DNA of 64,000 nucleotides from an uncultured Candidatus Poseidoniales archaeon (GTDB lineage: Archaea; Thermoplasmatota; Poseidoniia; Poseidoniales; Poseidoniaceae). The position numbers and the translations under genes were made by a program. Numbering within the stretch: position 1 is the stretch's first letter; every line of letters begins with the position of its first letter. This document shows positions 18,214 through 28,136 of the stretch, in pieces. Below the pieces are notes generated by a model, which searched no databases, had not been told where the DNA came from, and worked only from the letters and a program-made list of their open reading frames with translations. The stretch is from positions 40,751 to 104,750 of the forward strand of contig CACODE010000004.1 of assembly GCA_902625885.1 (NCBI GenBank), written 5' to 3'.

Positions 18214-19845
18214 ATGAACTGCAACTCGTGCGCCGCGCAAATCCCAGCCGACAGCATGTTCTGTCCAGAATGCGGCGCAAGACAAGACATGTCCGTCTCA
18301 AGCGGGTTCGCCCCCGGACCCCAACAAAGCATCCCGCCGTTCCCACCCCAGCAACGGTCATTCGACCCTGTTTCCGGTCAAGAACAACGTATGCAACAAG
18401 AAAACAACATGCAACAAATGGGCCAAATTCAACCCGATATGCTTCAAGGCATGGCACAGGGCTTGCAGCAACAACAGAATCTCCCCCCCGGCGTGTATCC
18501 ACAACAGCCTTTGCCCAGAGGCTACCCTCAAGGTCAACTGCCGCCTCAGCAACAGGGCAACTTCATGCCTGGAAACCCTCAACCACCCCTCAGCGATATG
18601 CCCAATGTTCAGCGTGGTCCATCCATCGCCAGCGGCGCGCTGCCGAACGCAAGCAATGTTTCACCGCTCGCACCCGGAGGTACGAAAATTGCCCACAATC
18701 CATCAAACTCGCCAACCGATGCCATGGTCAATCGTCTGGCGGAAGCGGAGAGGGCGGTCAAAGACGAGCGGAGAAGCCAGTGGCTCTCCATGAACCAATC
18801 ACCCGCCTCATCGGTTTTGGCAAATCTGGGTGGCGGTGAGCTGCCGCCGCACATTCGAGGAGAGAATCAAGGCGGCAACGCCGCAGCGGAAATCATGGCC
18901 GGTGCCATGGGGAAACCTTCCACAGAAGCCCCTAGCGAACCGTTGCTAAGGCGCATCTCTGAAGTGGCTGTTAGACGCGTGGCTCGCAAGCGAGGTGTGG
19001 CCGTTGAAGCACCTCAAACCAAATTAGAGGACGACCAGTTCCTGGTCAACGTCACCTACATTGATGACGGTCGTGTGTTGGACACGCCTGAAGACCTCAC
19101 GCAGGCGTTTGAACACGCCATACAGACAGAACTTGCCCTGAAAGGCTACGATCTGTCGTGCGCCATCACCATGTTCCGGTCAAAAGACGGGATCACGCAA
19201 AAGATAGGTGAAGAGGAAAGCGATGAGGAGTTGTTCGCTTGCGAAATTTGTGGTGGTTTGGTCAAGGAGAGCGATAACGAATGTGCACATTGCGGTGCCG
19301 TCTTCGAGGACGATGACGCTGGGGATGAGCCAGCTCCACCAAGCCGTTCGGGCCCACCGGGCCCAAGAAAAGGTGGGCCACCAGGTCCCAAGAAAGGCGG
19401 CCCTCCCGGCCCCAAGAAGGGCGGTCCCGGCGGCCCTCCCGGCCCCAAGAAGGGCGGTCCCGGCGGCCCTCCCGGTCCGAAGAAGAGCGGTCCACCCGGC
19501 GGCCCCAAGAAGGGTGGTCCAGGTGGTCCTCCCGGCCCGAAGAAGAGCGGTCCCCCAGGTGGCCCGAAGAAGAGCGGCCCTCCCGGTCCAAAGAAAGACG
19601 GGCCTGGCGGTCCACCCGGTCCGAAAAAGGGCGGTCCTCCCGGTCCGAAGAAGAGCGGTCCTCCCGGTCCGAAGAAGAGCGGACCACCCGGCGGGCCCAA
19701 GAAAGGCGGACCCGGTGGTCCTCCCGGCGGTCCCAAGAAAGGCGGTCCTTCCGGCGGTCCCAAGAAAGGCGGTCCTGGCGGCCCTCCCGGTCCAAAGAAA
19801 GGCGGTCCTCCCGGCGGTCCAAAACGAGGCCCTCCAGGTCGCTGA
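18214..19845 (+). CDS. double zinc-ribbon protein with Q/P-rich region and C-terminal GGPPGPKK repeat tail
   Basis: 'CNSCAAQIPADSMFCPECGA' at the N-terminus and a second ribbon 'CEICGGLVKESDNECAHCGA'. The last 164 aa are about 17 Gly/Pro/Lys repeats. A Shine-Dalgarno-like GGGAGAGG precedes the ATG at 18214. Confidence 0.6.
   Translation: MNCNSCAAQIPADSMFCPECGARQDMSVSSGFAPGPQQSIPPFPPQQRSFDPVSGQEQRMQQENNMQQMGQIQPDMLQGMAQGLQQQQNLPPGVYPQQPLPRGYPQGQLPPQQQGNFMPGNPQPPLSDMPNVQRGPSIASGALPNASNVSPLAPGGTKIAHNPSNSPTDAMVNRLAEAERAVKDERRSQWLSMNQSPASSVLANLGGGELPPHIRGENQGGNAAAEIMAGAMGKPSTEAPSEPLLRRISEVAVRRVARKRGVAVEAPQTKLEDDQFLVNVTYIDDGRVLDTPEDLTQAFEHAIQTELALKGYDLSCAITMFRSKDGITQKIGEEESDEELFACEICGGLVKESDNECAHCGAVFEDDDAGDEPAPPSRSGPPGPRKGGPPGPKKGGPPGPKKGGPGGPPGPKKGGPGGPPGPKKSGPPGGPKKGGPGGPPGPKKSGPPGGPKKSGPPGPKKDGPGGPPGPKKGGPPGPKKSGPPGPKKSGPPGGPKKGGPGGPPGGPKKGGPSGGPKKGGPGGPPGPKKGGPPGGPKRGPPGR
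19351..19842 (+). repeat. coding tandem repeat of about 17 imperfect units encoding G-G-P-(G-G)-P-P-G-P-K-K
   Basis: Read directly from the sequence: repeated 'ggcggtcc(t/c)cccgg(t/c)cc(g/c)aagaa(g/a)' units of 24-33 nt. Confidence 0.95.
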
Positions 19846-19857
19846 GGTGATTACGTC

Positions 19858-22647
19858 GTGAGCGACGGTCCCGACTTCGGAAACATTCGTTTCGGTGGGA
19901 AACTTCGTCCATCGCAGGTCGCAGCTGTCTCGGTCATCAAACCCCAACTCAATGAAGGTGAAAAACGACTCCACATTGTTGCACCACCCGGCTCTGGCAA
20001 GACCGTGCTTGGGCTCTATGTTTGGGCGGACTTGGTCCGCAAGCCCGCCTTGGTTCTCTCCCCCAACTCCGCCATTCAGGCGCAATGGGCCGCACGAACC
20101 GATTTGTTCGAGCTTGACGGGAAGGATGACCAAATCAGCATTGACCCCGAGCGACCGGGCTTGTTGACTTCACTGACCTATCAATCCGTGACCATGCCCA
20201 AACGTGGCGGTGAGGGCTTGGATGAATCCGCCATGATGCTTTGGGCGGAGAAGTTGGTGGAGAAAGGCGAGGCGGTTGACATCACTTCAGCCGAGGCGTG
20301 GATCGCCGACTTGGAGCAGAAGAATCCAACCTACTACGCCAAACGGGTGAAGGTGTACCGAAAAGCGGTCCGGGACGACTATGCAAAGAACGGCAACGCC
20401 CTTTGGACGCTGCACGAATCGTCGCGCTCAACGCTGCTTCGACTCAAGGAGGCAGGCATCGGGCTCATCATCCTCGACGAGTGTCATCACTTGCTCCACC
20501 ATTGGGGGCGTGTCCTTCACCAACTGAAGGACTTCTTTGACGACCCGGTGGTCCTTGGACTCACAGCCACACCTCCTGACGCCGAAAAAGCCGACGACGA
20601 AGACGCCCTTCGTTATGCTGAGTTTCTTGGGGACATTGACTACGAAGTGCCGGTGCCTGCCTTGGTTAGGGACGCCAATCTCGCACCCTATCAGGACCTG
20701 TGTTACTTCGTTCGTCCAGCACGGATCGAAATGGATTTCATCCGAGACGTGAACGAGACTTTCGATGGAATCCTCCAACAACTAAACGAACCATCCAAGG
20801 GAGAGGGGGCCATTCTTCCTCTCACCGATTGGGTTGAGGAGGAACTCAGCGCTCGAAAGGGGCCCTCGGGTGGTAACCTTTCTTGGGATGAGTACACACG
20901 TGCAATTCCAGATTTTTCCTATCAGGGTCGAATCTACCTCGCACTCGAAAATCGACCCATGCCAGCAGGTGTTCCAGCCGACGTTCAGGAAACCGATGCG
21001 GGGGCTCTTGCGTTCACCAGAGACCATCGTAATGAGATGTTAAGAAGCGTTGTCTCCCGATACGTACGTCTCGGCTTGCGCCGATCTTCCAACACCAACG
21101 ACCAAGAGAAGGCTGAGCGTGCCGCCAAGCAATACCGGTTGCTGGGCACCCAAATCACGGAAACCGGGAGTCAACCTTGTGCATCCCCCATCAATCGCAT
21201 TCTTGCCTACAGCAACAGCAAATGTGAGGCGTTGAGCACCATCCTCCAGGAGGAAATGCAAAACCTTGGCAACACCATACGTGCCGTGGTCATCACCGAC
21301 TTTGAGAAAACTTCCTCGACCTTGCTCATCGACGATGTGCTCGATGATGAGGCCGGAGGTGCTGTCGCCGCCTTCCGTCATTTGGTGGCGTGCCCTGCCG
21401 GCGATATGCTTGACCCCATCTTGATGACGGGTAGCACCGTGTTGGTGGACGACGACCTCTCCGAGGCTTTTCTTGAAAAAGCACGAGCATGGATTGCAGA
21501 GCGTCATCTCAAGATTGTGCTTCGAGATGAAGTGATGGGTCGCTACCACGAAATCTCCGGCTCCGGCGAGGACTGGGTACCACGGTATTATTCCACCATG
21601 ATCACCGAATTCTTTCAAGAGGGTTTCACCCGATGCCTGATTGGGACGCGTGGCCTCATGGGCGAGGGATGGGATGCTTCGCGCATCAACGTACTGATCG
21701 ATCTGACGTCCGTGACCACCAACATGAGCATCAACCAACTTCGAGGCCGGAGCATTCGCTTGGACAAGCACTGGCCCGAGAAGGTCGCCAACAACTGGGA
21801 TGTGATTTGTCTCGCCGATGAATTCCAGACCGGCTTCAGCGACTACAAGCGGTTCATTCGCAAGCACAAGCAACTGTACGGTGTTGGCGACGATGGAGCC
21901 ATCGAGAAAGGCCCCGGTCATGTTCATCCAGCCTTCATGGACGCCGAGCCAATGGGCATTCACGAAGGCATGGCGATGTTCAATGACGAGATGTTGAAGC
22001 GTTCCAAAATGCGAACAAGAACACGTGAACTTTGGGGCATCGGACAACCGTTCAATGCTGAACCAAAAGACGCCGTGGAATCCAAACAAAAGGTGGCCGG
22101 TCCAGGTTTTGGTTTTTCCGAACCGGGCATTCCATGGAGCGATGCGTCGCTCACAGCGGCGATGAGCGAGGCCATCGTCGGTGCCTTGATTCAAACAAAA
22201 CAACTGCCTCCCGCCGCCGTAGCAGCCGGCGGAGATCGAGGTGGGGGTTGGATTCGCATGCACCTTGCGAACTGCTCACCAGAGGAGGCTACCCTCTTTT
22301 CGAAGTGCCTTGAAGAGGTGCTCTCGCCACTGGAGAAACCGAGGTACGTCATTTCTCGGGCCGCAGTGTTCCCTCACGACACATGGCTGACGCGATTGCT
22401 CCCCGAGGTGTTAGCGAAGTACCTCCGTCCCCATCGCCACCATCTGGTGATGTTCCACAACGTCCCCTCGGCGCTTGCGAACACGAAACGGAACGCCGCT
22501 TTGTTCAAACAACATTGGGATGCGAAATTCGGTGAGAGTGAACTCTTCTATGTCCACAGCAAGGAGGGACGGTTTCGCCTCGAACAGGTTCAAGCCAGCG
22601 GCATGACGCCTCAAGCGAATGTGCAGCGAAAAAGCCTCTACCTATGA
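19858..22647 (+). CDS. SF2 helicase (DEAD/DEAH-box / ResIII-XPB-like core) with ~280-aa C-terminal extension
   Basis: Walker A 'APPGSGKT', 'LIILDECHHL' (DECH), 'GLTATPP', and motif VI 'QLRGRSIR'. GTG start 12 nt after the repeat-protein stop. Confidence 0.8.
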   Translation: MSDGPDFGNIRFGGKLRPSQVAAVSVIKPQLNEGEKRLHIVAPPGSGKTVLGLYVWADLVRKPALVLSPNSAIQAQWAARTDLFELDGKDDQISIDPERPGLLTSLTYQSVTMPKRGGEGLDESAMMLWAEKLVEKGEAVDITSAEAWIADLEQKNPTYYAKRVKVYRKAVRDDYAKNGNALWTLHESSRSTLLRLKEAGIGLIILDECHHLLHHWGRVLHQLKDFFDDPVVLGLTATPPDAEKADDEDALRYAEFLGDIDYEVPVPALVRDANLAPYQDLCYFVRPARIEMDFIRDVNETFDGILQQLNEPSKGEGAILPLTDWVEEELSARKGPSGGNLSWDEYTRAIPDFSYQGRIYLALENRPMPAGVPADVQETDAGALAFTRDHRNEMLRSVVSRYVRLGLRRSSNTNDQEKAERAAKQYRLLGTQITETGSQPCASPINRILAYSNSKCEALSTILQEEMQNLGNTIRAVVITDFEKTSSTLLIDDVLDDEAGGAVAAFRHLVACPAGDMLDPILMTGSTVLVDDDLSEAFLEKARAWIAERHLKIVLRDEVMGRYHEISGSGEDWVPRYYSTMITEFFQEGFTRCLIGTRGLMGEGWDASRINVLIDLTSVTTNMSINQLRGRSIRLDKHWPEKVANNWDVICLADEFQTGFSDYKRFIRKHKQLYGVGDDGAIEKGPGHVHPAFMDAEPMGIHEGMAMFNDEMLKRSKMRTRTRELWGIGQPFNAEPKDAVESKQKVAGPGFGFSEPGIPWSDASLTAAMSEAIVGALIQTKQLPPAAVAAGGDRGGGWIRMHLANCSPEEATLFSKCLEEVLSPLEKPRYVISRAAVFPHDTWLTRLLPEVLAKYLRPHRHHLVMFHNVPSALANTKRNAALFKQHWDAKFGESELFYVHSKEGRFRLEQVQASGMTPQANVQRKSLYL

Positions 22648-23409
22648 GGCACATGTATGGCACAGCACACCGTTGTTCCCGCAGGAACTGCAAATTCGAC
22701 GGCGGCATTTGAAGCACTGGAAACTGAAGGCATTGACCTCGTTTGAGCAGCGGGCCATGCCGCACACGCCATCGGCCGCAGGCACGGATTTGGCAGCCTT
22801 TTGGCCAAGGTTTCCCCAGAACGAGTCGTTAACCAAATCAGCTGTTGGTTTACCTGAGTTTTGTGTTGTCGAGGACGCTTTGGTCTGCCCGGAGGATGTG
22901 CGATTGGCACCTCCTAAATCAAGGGCTTTGACCACTTGTGGGTGATTGAAGAACGACCTTGCAGCGTTCTCACCGCCGTTGAACCAACGTTTGTGCTGCG
23001 CCACGAGGGATGCCGCGGTTTGGCCCTCGGACGGCGCAAGTCGCAATCGAAACATGACGGATTCGTAGCGATCAAGCCTTGAGCCTCGGCCCGACATCTG
23101 CAGGGGCAGTGGGCTCCTTGAAGGTGCCTCGTTTGGTCCCCCAAGCAAGGCTTCTCTGGACATCGGTTTTGGTACGATTGCCAATACGACCTTCTGCAGC
23201 GTTTTGCTGATCATTACAAGTACGGGAAGAATAAGGCAACTCCCCCAAAAGAGCGCTTCGCCATCACCGTCGACGAAGCCGATGAAAACCAGCAGTGCAC
23301 CCATGAGGGAAATGCCTCCAAACAAGAAGACGATGCCGCCGAGCGAGGGGGGAGGTGCATTCGGGTCGTCAGGTTGACTCCAATGCTGAGTTGGCCAGTC
23401 ATCGTCCAT
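22642..23409 (-). CDS. membrane protein with C-terminal eight-Cys zinc-finger-like module
   Basis: Two N-terminal TM helices. C-terminal 'CGMARCSNEVNAFSFQCFKCRRRICSSCGNNGVLCHTC' follows the pattern C-x4-C-x10-C-x2-C-x4-C-x2-C-x6-C-x2-C. A GAGGTGA Shine-Dalgarno-like element lies upstream. Confidence 0.5.
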   Translation of the reverse strand: MDDDWPTQHWSQPDDPNAPPPSLGGIVFLFGGISLMGALLVFIGFVDGDGEALFWGSCLILPVLVMISKTLQKVVLAIVPKPMSREALLGGPNEAPSRSPLPLQMSGRGSRLDRYESVMFRLRLAPSEGQTAASLVAQHKRWFNGGENAARSFFNHPQVVKALDLGGANRTSSGQTKASSTTQNSGKPTADLVNDSFWGNLGQKAAKSVPAADGVCGMARCSNEVNAFSFQCFKCRRRICSSCGNNGVLCHTCAS

Positions 23410-23430
23410 CCGTGTTCACCTCGAAAAAGT

Positions 23431-23461
23431 GGCCATGGCGCCGTCCTCAGGCGCCATGGCC
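23431..23461 (-). terminator. perfect 12-bp GC-rich hairpin followed by T5 on the transcribed strand (terminator or processing/regulatory structure)
   Basis: GGCCATGGCGCC-gtcctca-GGCGCCATGGCC. On the minus strand it is followed by ACTTTTTCGAGGTGA and then the ATG at 23409. It sits 93 nt after the PriS-like stop. Confidence 0.4.
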
Positions 23462-23553
23462 GAGCATGTCATGGCCTACTCGCGAAGCAGTTGTCATTGT
23501 CCGAAGACTCCATTGAGGACGGTGCGAAATGGAATTTGGCAGTAAATAAAGAT

Positions 23554-24834
23554 TCATGACATGGACACGATGTCAAAGGTTGGTTCGACCAGTCCACACA
23601 CGTCGTGGGACGGGAGGTCTCGATGAACGCCGAGTCGCCGTTCGAGCTCCAAATGTTGACGCGAATACAGCGGCACGCCCTCATACGACACGCCGTAGAT
23701 GCCCATCAATTCAGGCTCTGTGTCCTCAAGGCCGTTCATGTCCGGCGGTGTTAGAGACGTCCATTGGTGCTCCCGTTGCTTCAACGTTGATTCCGAAAGC
23801 GGCAGGCCACGGCGCTTGTACATCTTCACGAGTTTTGGCCGCGGAATCGCCAGCGGGCAAAGCATCAACACACGCTCGTTGTGGCGCCAAAAACTGCAGG
23901 GGCCGAGGTTGTCGTGTTCAATCCATTCGAGGGCATGCTCCATGGCCCCGAGCGGGGCACCCCACGATTTCGGCAACCACATCATCAACACATGTCGATT
24001 TTTTGTTCCCCTCACGTGGGTGTTGACGCGAAGTTTGAACCACGGTTCTGCATGTTGGGTTTCGGAGGCTGGCTTCGGTTTCGTGCTCGATTCAGCCGGT
24101 GGCGGGTCAACCCGTTGCGGTATGTCGGGCGCCAAAGGGTGCCGGTAAAGCGTGCTCAAGAGGTCCTCCAGCGGCCCGTTCAGCGCCTCTACCGAGATGC
24201 GAGTGCATGCATATCCTGTGCTCCCGTGCAAACTCCCGGGAAGGCGGAGGATGCGACGTGTGTCGGCGGTCACCTTGGTGTCGACCTCAAACCCGGCCTC
24301 CACCACACGGTTCAACAGCGCCTTGCGCTGCGCCTTTACCGCCATCTCACGTTCTCTGAGATCGGGCAGGGCAAAGGCGTCTCGATCAGGGTCGTCGTAG
24401 ATGAGGTGGAAGCCCTTGGATCCCGAGAATGAAATGCTACGCAGGCGGAGGATCTCATGCTCATCAAGCCATCCCATCAATTCGCAGCTGATGGATTGGG
24501 CCTTTGTTAGATTCTCTATAGAAAAAGGGGCTACATCAATATCAAAGACCACAAAATGGTCCAAAAGAACAGGGTAATGTTCGGGATTGTCCCTCAAACG
24601 GGGGAGGTCAATCGGGTTGAGCCAGGAGGCCGTTGAGACATAGACGTCGCGTGGTGCACTCATCCCGATCGCCTTCAGGAACGAAGCGTGGTCGCGAACG
24701 CGTCGCCTCGCTGTAAGCCAGCGATTGTCGTTGGTTCGCCATCGAAACACGTGCTGGCTGGATTTGTTCAACCATGAAACGTCAACGGTGTGTTCTCGGT
24801 AGTGGTCCTTGAGCGCTTGGTCGTCAAGCGACAT
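23554..24834 (-). CDS. archaeo-eukaryotic primase (AEP) small-subunit-like protein (PriS-like)
   Basis: AEP motifs I 'FVVFDIDV' (DxD), II 'FSGSKGFHLIY' and III 'RILRLPGSLHGSTG'. Confidence 0.6.
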   Translation of the reverse strand: MSLDDQALKDHYREHTVDVSWLNKSSQHVFRWRTNDNRWLTARRRVRDHASFLKAIGMSAPRDVYVSTASWLNPIDLPRLRDNPEHYPVLLDHFVVFDIDVAPFSIENLTKAQSISCELMGWLDEHEILRLRSISFSGSKGFHLIYDDPDRDAFALPDLREREMAVKAQRKALLNRVVEAGFEVDTKVTADTRRILRLPGSLHGSTGYACTRISVEALNGPLEDLLSTLYRHPLAPDIPQRVDPPPAESSTKPKPASETQHAEPWFKLRVNTHVRGTKNRHVLMMWLPKSWGAPLGAMEHALEWIEHDNLGPCSFWRHNERVLMLCPLAIPRPKLVKMYKRRGLPLSESTLKQREHQWTSLTPPDMNGLEDTEPELMGIYGVSYEGVPLYSRQHLELERRLGVHRDLPSHDVCGLVEPTFDIVSMS

Positions 24835-24843
24835 GAAGTTCCC

Positions 24844-25766
<923 letters not shown>

Positions 25767-25767
<1 letters not shown>

Positions 25768-26975
25768 CAGTTGCCACCTCCAATGAGCTCGACTATTTTT
25801 TGCGCCCCTTCGGCGAGGTCGTCGGCGGGGTGTATGTTGAGGGTGGATTTAGCAAGAATGGCTTTGCCTTGGTCTACATTGGTCCCGGCAAGGCGAACGA
25901 CGAGCGGTACGTCAAGCGAGAGGGCTTCTGTGGCGGCGATAACACCTCGGGCGATGATGTCGCATCGCATGATGCCCCCGAAAATGTTGACCAATATGCC
26001 TTTGACATTGGGGTCCTCGAGAATGATGCTAAACGCAGTCTTGACCTGTTCTTCGTTGGCACCACCACCAACGTCGAGGAAGTTGGCCGGCTCACCGCCG
26101 TACAATTTGATGACGTCCATGGTCGCCATGGCCAAGCCGGCGCCGTTGACCAAGCAACCGATGTTGCCGTCCAACTTCACGTAGGACAAACCGGTTTCCT
26201 TGGCCCGAATTTCCACTTCCTCTTCCTCGGACAAGTCCCGGAGTTCGTCCCAGTTTTTGTGGCGGAATTCAGCGTTCTCGTCAAAGGAAACCTTGGCGTC
26301 CAAAGCCACGATTTCATCGTCCGCCGTCCGCACTAGCGGGTTTATCTCGAGCATGGCGCAATCGCTCGAAACGAACATGCCGTACATGGCCGTCAGGGCC
26401 TTTGAGAAGGCTTTGTGGGCGGCGCCTGTCAAGCCGAGAGCAAGGCCGAGGTCTCGCTTCTGATAGCCAAGCAGGCCGGCATTCGGGTCCACCGAAATCT
26501 TGTGAATTTTCTCTGGTGTGGTCTCGGCAACGTGTTCAATGTCCATGCCACCCTCGGTGGAGGCCATGATGAGAACCGATTTGTTTTCACGGTCGACCAA
26601 GATGGCGAGGTAGTATTCGTGAGCGATGTCGCAGCCTGACTCAACGTACAGGTTGCGAACCAACTTTCCCGCTTCACCGGTTTGTATGGTAACCAATATG
26701 TTACCAAGAATGTTGGTGGCGTAGGTTTGAACCTCTTCTTTTGAAAACGCGATTTTAACGCCCCCCTCCATCACGAGGTCTCTGGATTCCGGTGCATACA
26801 GGTTGCCTTTTCCTCGGCCGCCTGCGTGAATTTGTGATTTAACAGCGACCACTTTGGAGCCGAGGCTGTCGTAGGCCGCCAAGGCTTGTTCCACGGTGGT
26901 GCAGTGAACGCCTTCGAGGACAGGGACCCCGTGTTCTTTGAGAAGCGCTTTTCCTTGGTACTCGTGAATGTTCAT
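25767..26975 (-). CDS. sucC: succinyl-CoA synthetase beta subunit
   Basis: '[12 protein letters not shown]' start and an ATP-grasp layout with '[18 protein letters not shown]'. Its stop overlaps the sucD start by 1 nt (TGATG). Confidence 0.9.
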
Positions 26976-27086
26976 GAGGCTCTCCAATCGGGTGGACTGA
27001 AAGGCCGTCTTTCAATACTTTGGAGCGTGATGTTCCATCGGGTTTTCAGGGTGTTCTTGATAACTGAGAAATTGACCGGGTGAACG

Positions 27087-28100
27087 ATGCAGGTCGTGGT
27101 CTTGGCGGGTGGCGTAGGTTCCCGGCTTCGGCCGTGGACCAACAGCATACCGAAACCACTGTTGCCGGTCCTTGACCAAACCCTGCTCGAACACGTTGTC
27201 GGGTCCTTGCCTGTTGACATGGTGGATGAGGTTGTCGTTGCCGGGGGCTACAAGATTGACCAAATCAAGGCTTATTTTGACGGTTCCGACACCCCTTTTG
27301 ACGTTCGCATCGTTCCCGAAGATGAGCCGCTGGGGACCGGGGGAGCGCTCGGCAATTGCCGAGACGTCGTCAGCGGAACCTTTGCTTGCTTCAACGGCGA
27401 TATCGTCTCCTCTCTCGACGCTTCATCGCTTCTCGATCAGCACCGACGCAATCGCTCGGTTGGCACACTGGGCCTTTGGGAGGTAGAAGACCCGACGCGT
27501 TTTGGTATCGTCGGTTTGGATGAATCGGGCTACATCACCCGCTTCAAAGAGAAACCAAAGCCGGAAGAGGTCTTCTCAAAACTCATCAACGCCGGTTCTT
27601 ACATCTTCAACGACGACGTCTTTGATTGGATGCCTCAGGGTCGGCATTCCATTGAGCGAGATGTCTTTCCCAAACTGGCTGAGGCGGGCCTGCTGAGTGG
27701 CGTTCCTTTCGAGGGTTATTTCATCGATGCAGGAACGCCTGAGGCATGGAATCAGGCTGTTGTCGCTTCCATTCAACACGCTCGTCACAAAAACGGTGTT
27801 CTGCATGGCGACCTTCCGTCGTGGTTTGCAGACAAAGCGACTTTGGAAGGCGTCTCTTCATCCGCCGACCTTGCGCACTCAATGGTGGCGAAATCGTGCA
27901 TCGTAGGTGATTCCATCGTCTCCATGTCCACTTTGCTCGAAGGTGCCCGAATTGGAAACCAAGCACGGCTCTCCTCGTGTTTGATCGGGACCAACGCTGT
28001 TATCGGCGACGGTTGTGATCTGGAGGACGTCATTATCGATCACGGTTCGGAAGTACCTGCAGGCACCGTCCAGTCCGGCGGGTGCTGGCCATCGGCATGA
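27087..28100 (+). CDS. NDP-sugar pyrophosphorylase (nucleotidyltransferase + left-handed beta-helix C-terminus)
   Basis: 'VLAGGVGSRLRPWTNSIPKPLLPV' G-loop, plus hexapeptide-like repeats at the C-terminus. Confidence 0.8.
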   Translation: MQVVVLAGGVGSRLRPWTNSIPKPLLPVLDQTLLEHVVGSLPVDMVDEVVVAGGYKIDQIKAYFDGSDTPFDVRIVPEDEPLGTGGALGNCRDVVSGTFACFNGDIVSSLDASSLLDQHRRNRSVGTLGLWEVEDPTRFGIVGLDESGYITRFKEKPKPEEVFSKLINAGSYIFNDDVFDWMPQGRHSIERDVFPKLAEAGLLSGVPFEGYFIDAGTPEAWNQAVVASIQHARHKNGVLHGDLPSWFADKATLEGVSSSADLAHSMVAKSCIVGDSIVSMSTLLEGARIGNQARLSSCLIGTNAVIGDGCDLEDVIIDHGSEVPAGTVQSGGCWPSA

Positions 28101-28136
28101 AACCTGCTAAATGGAAGGGCGGTTGTGCCTCAATCC

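Noticed and set aside
19351-19842. Possible CRISPR array (regular short repeats)
   Set aside because: The units are contiguous with no unique spacers, are 24-33 nt and degenerate, and lie inside a continuous coding frame. No cas genes are present. No other CRISPR-like repeat-spacer structure was seen in the window.
19146-20133. Four long ORFs (19146..19763 -, 19180..20133 -, 19262..19912 -, 19208..19861 +) over the repeat region
   Set aside because: They are alternate-frame or antisense readings of the GC-rich GGPPGPKK tandem repeat, giving low-complexity G/P/R/L/F strings. The sense frame has zinc ribbons, a Shine-Dalgarno-like element and continuity with a globular protein.
21040-22263. 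407-aa ORF antisense to the SF2 helicase
   Set aside because: It lies entirely inside the helicase gene, which has clear motifs. The translation is low-information and Gly/His/Val-rich, typical of antisense ORFs in high-GC DNA.
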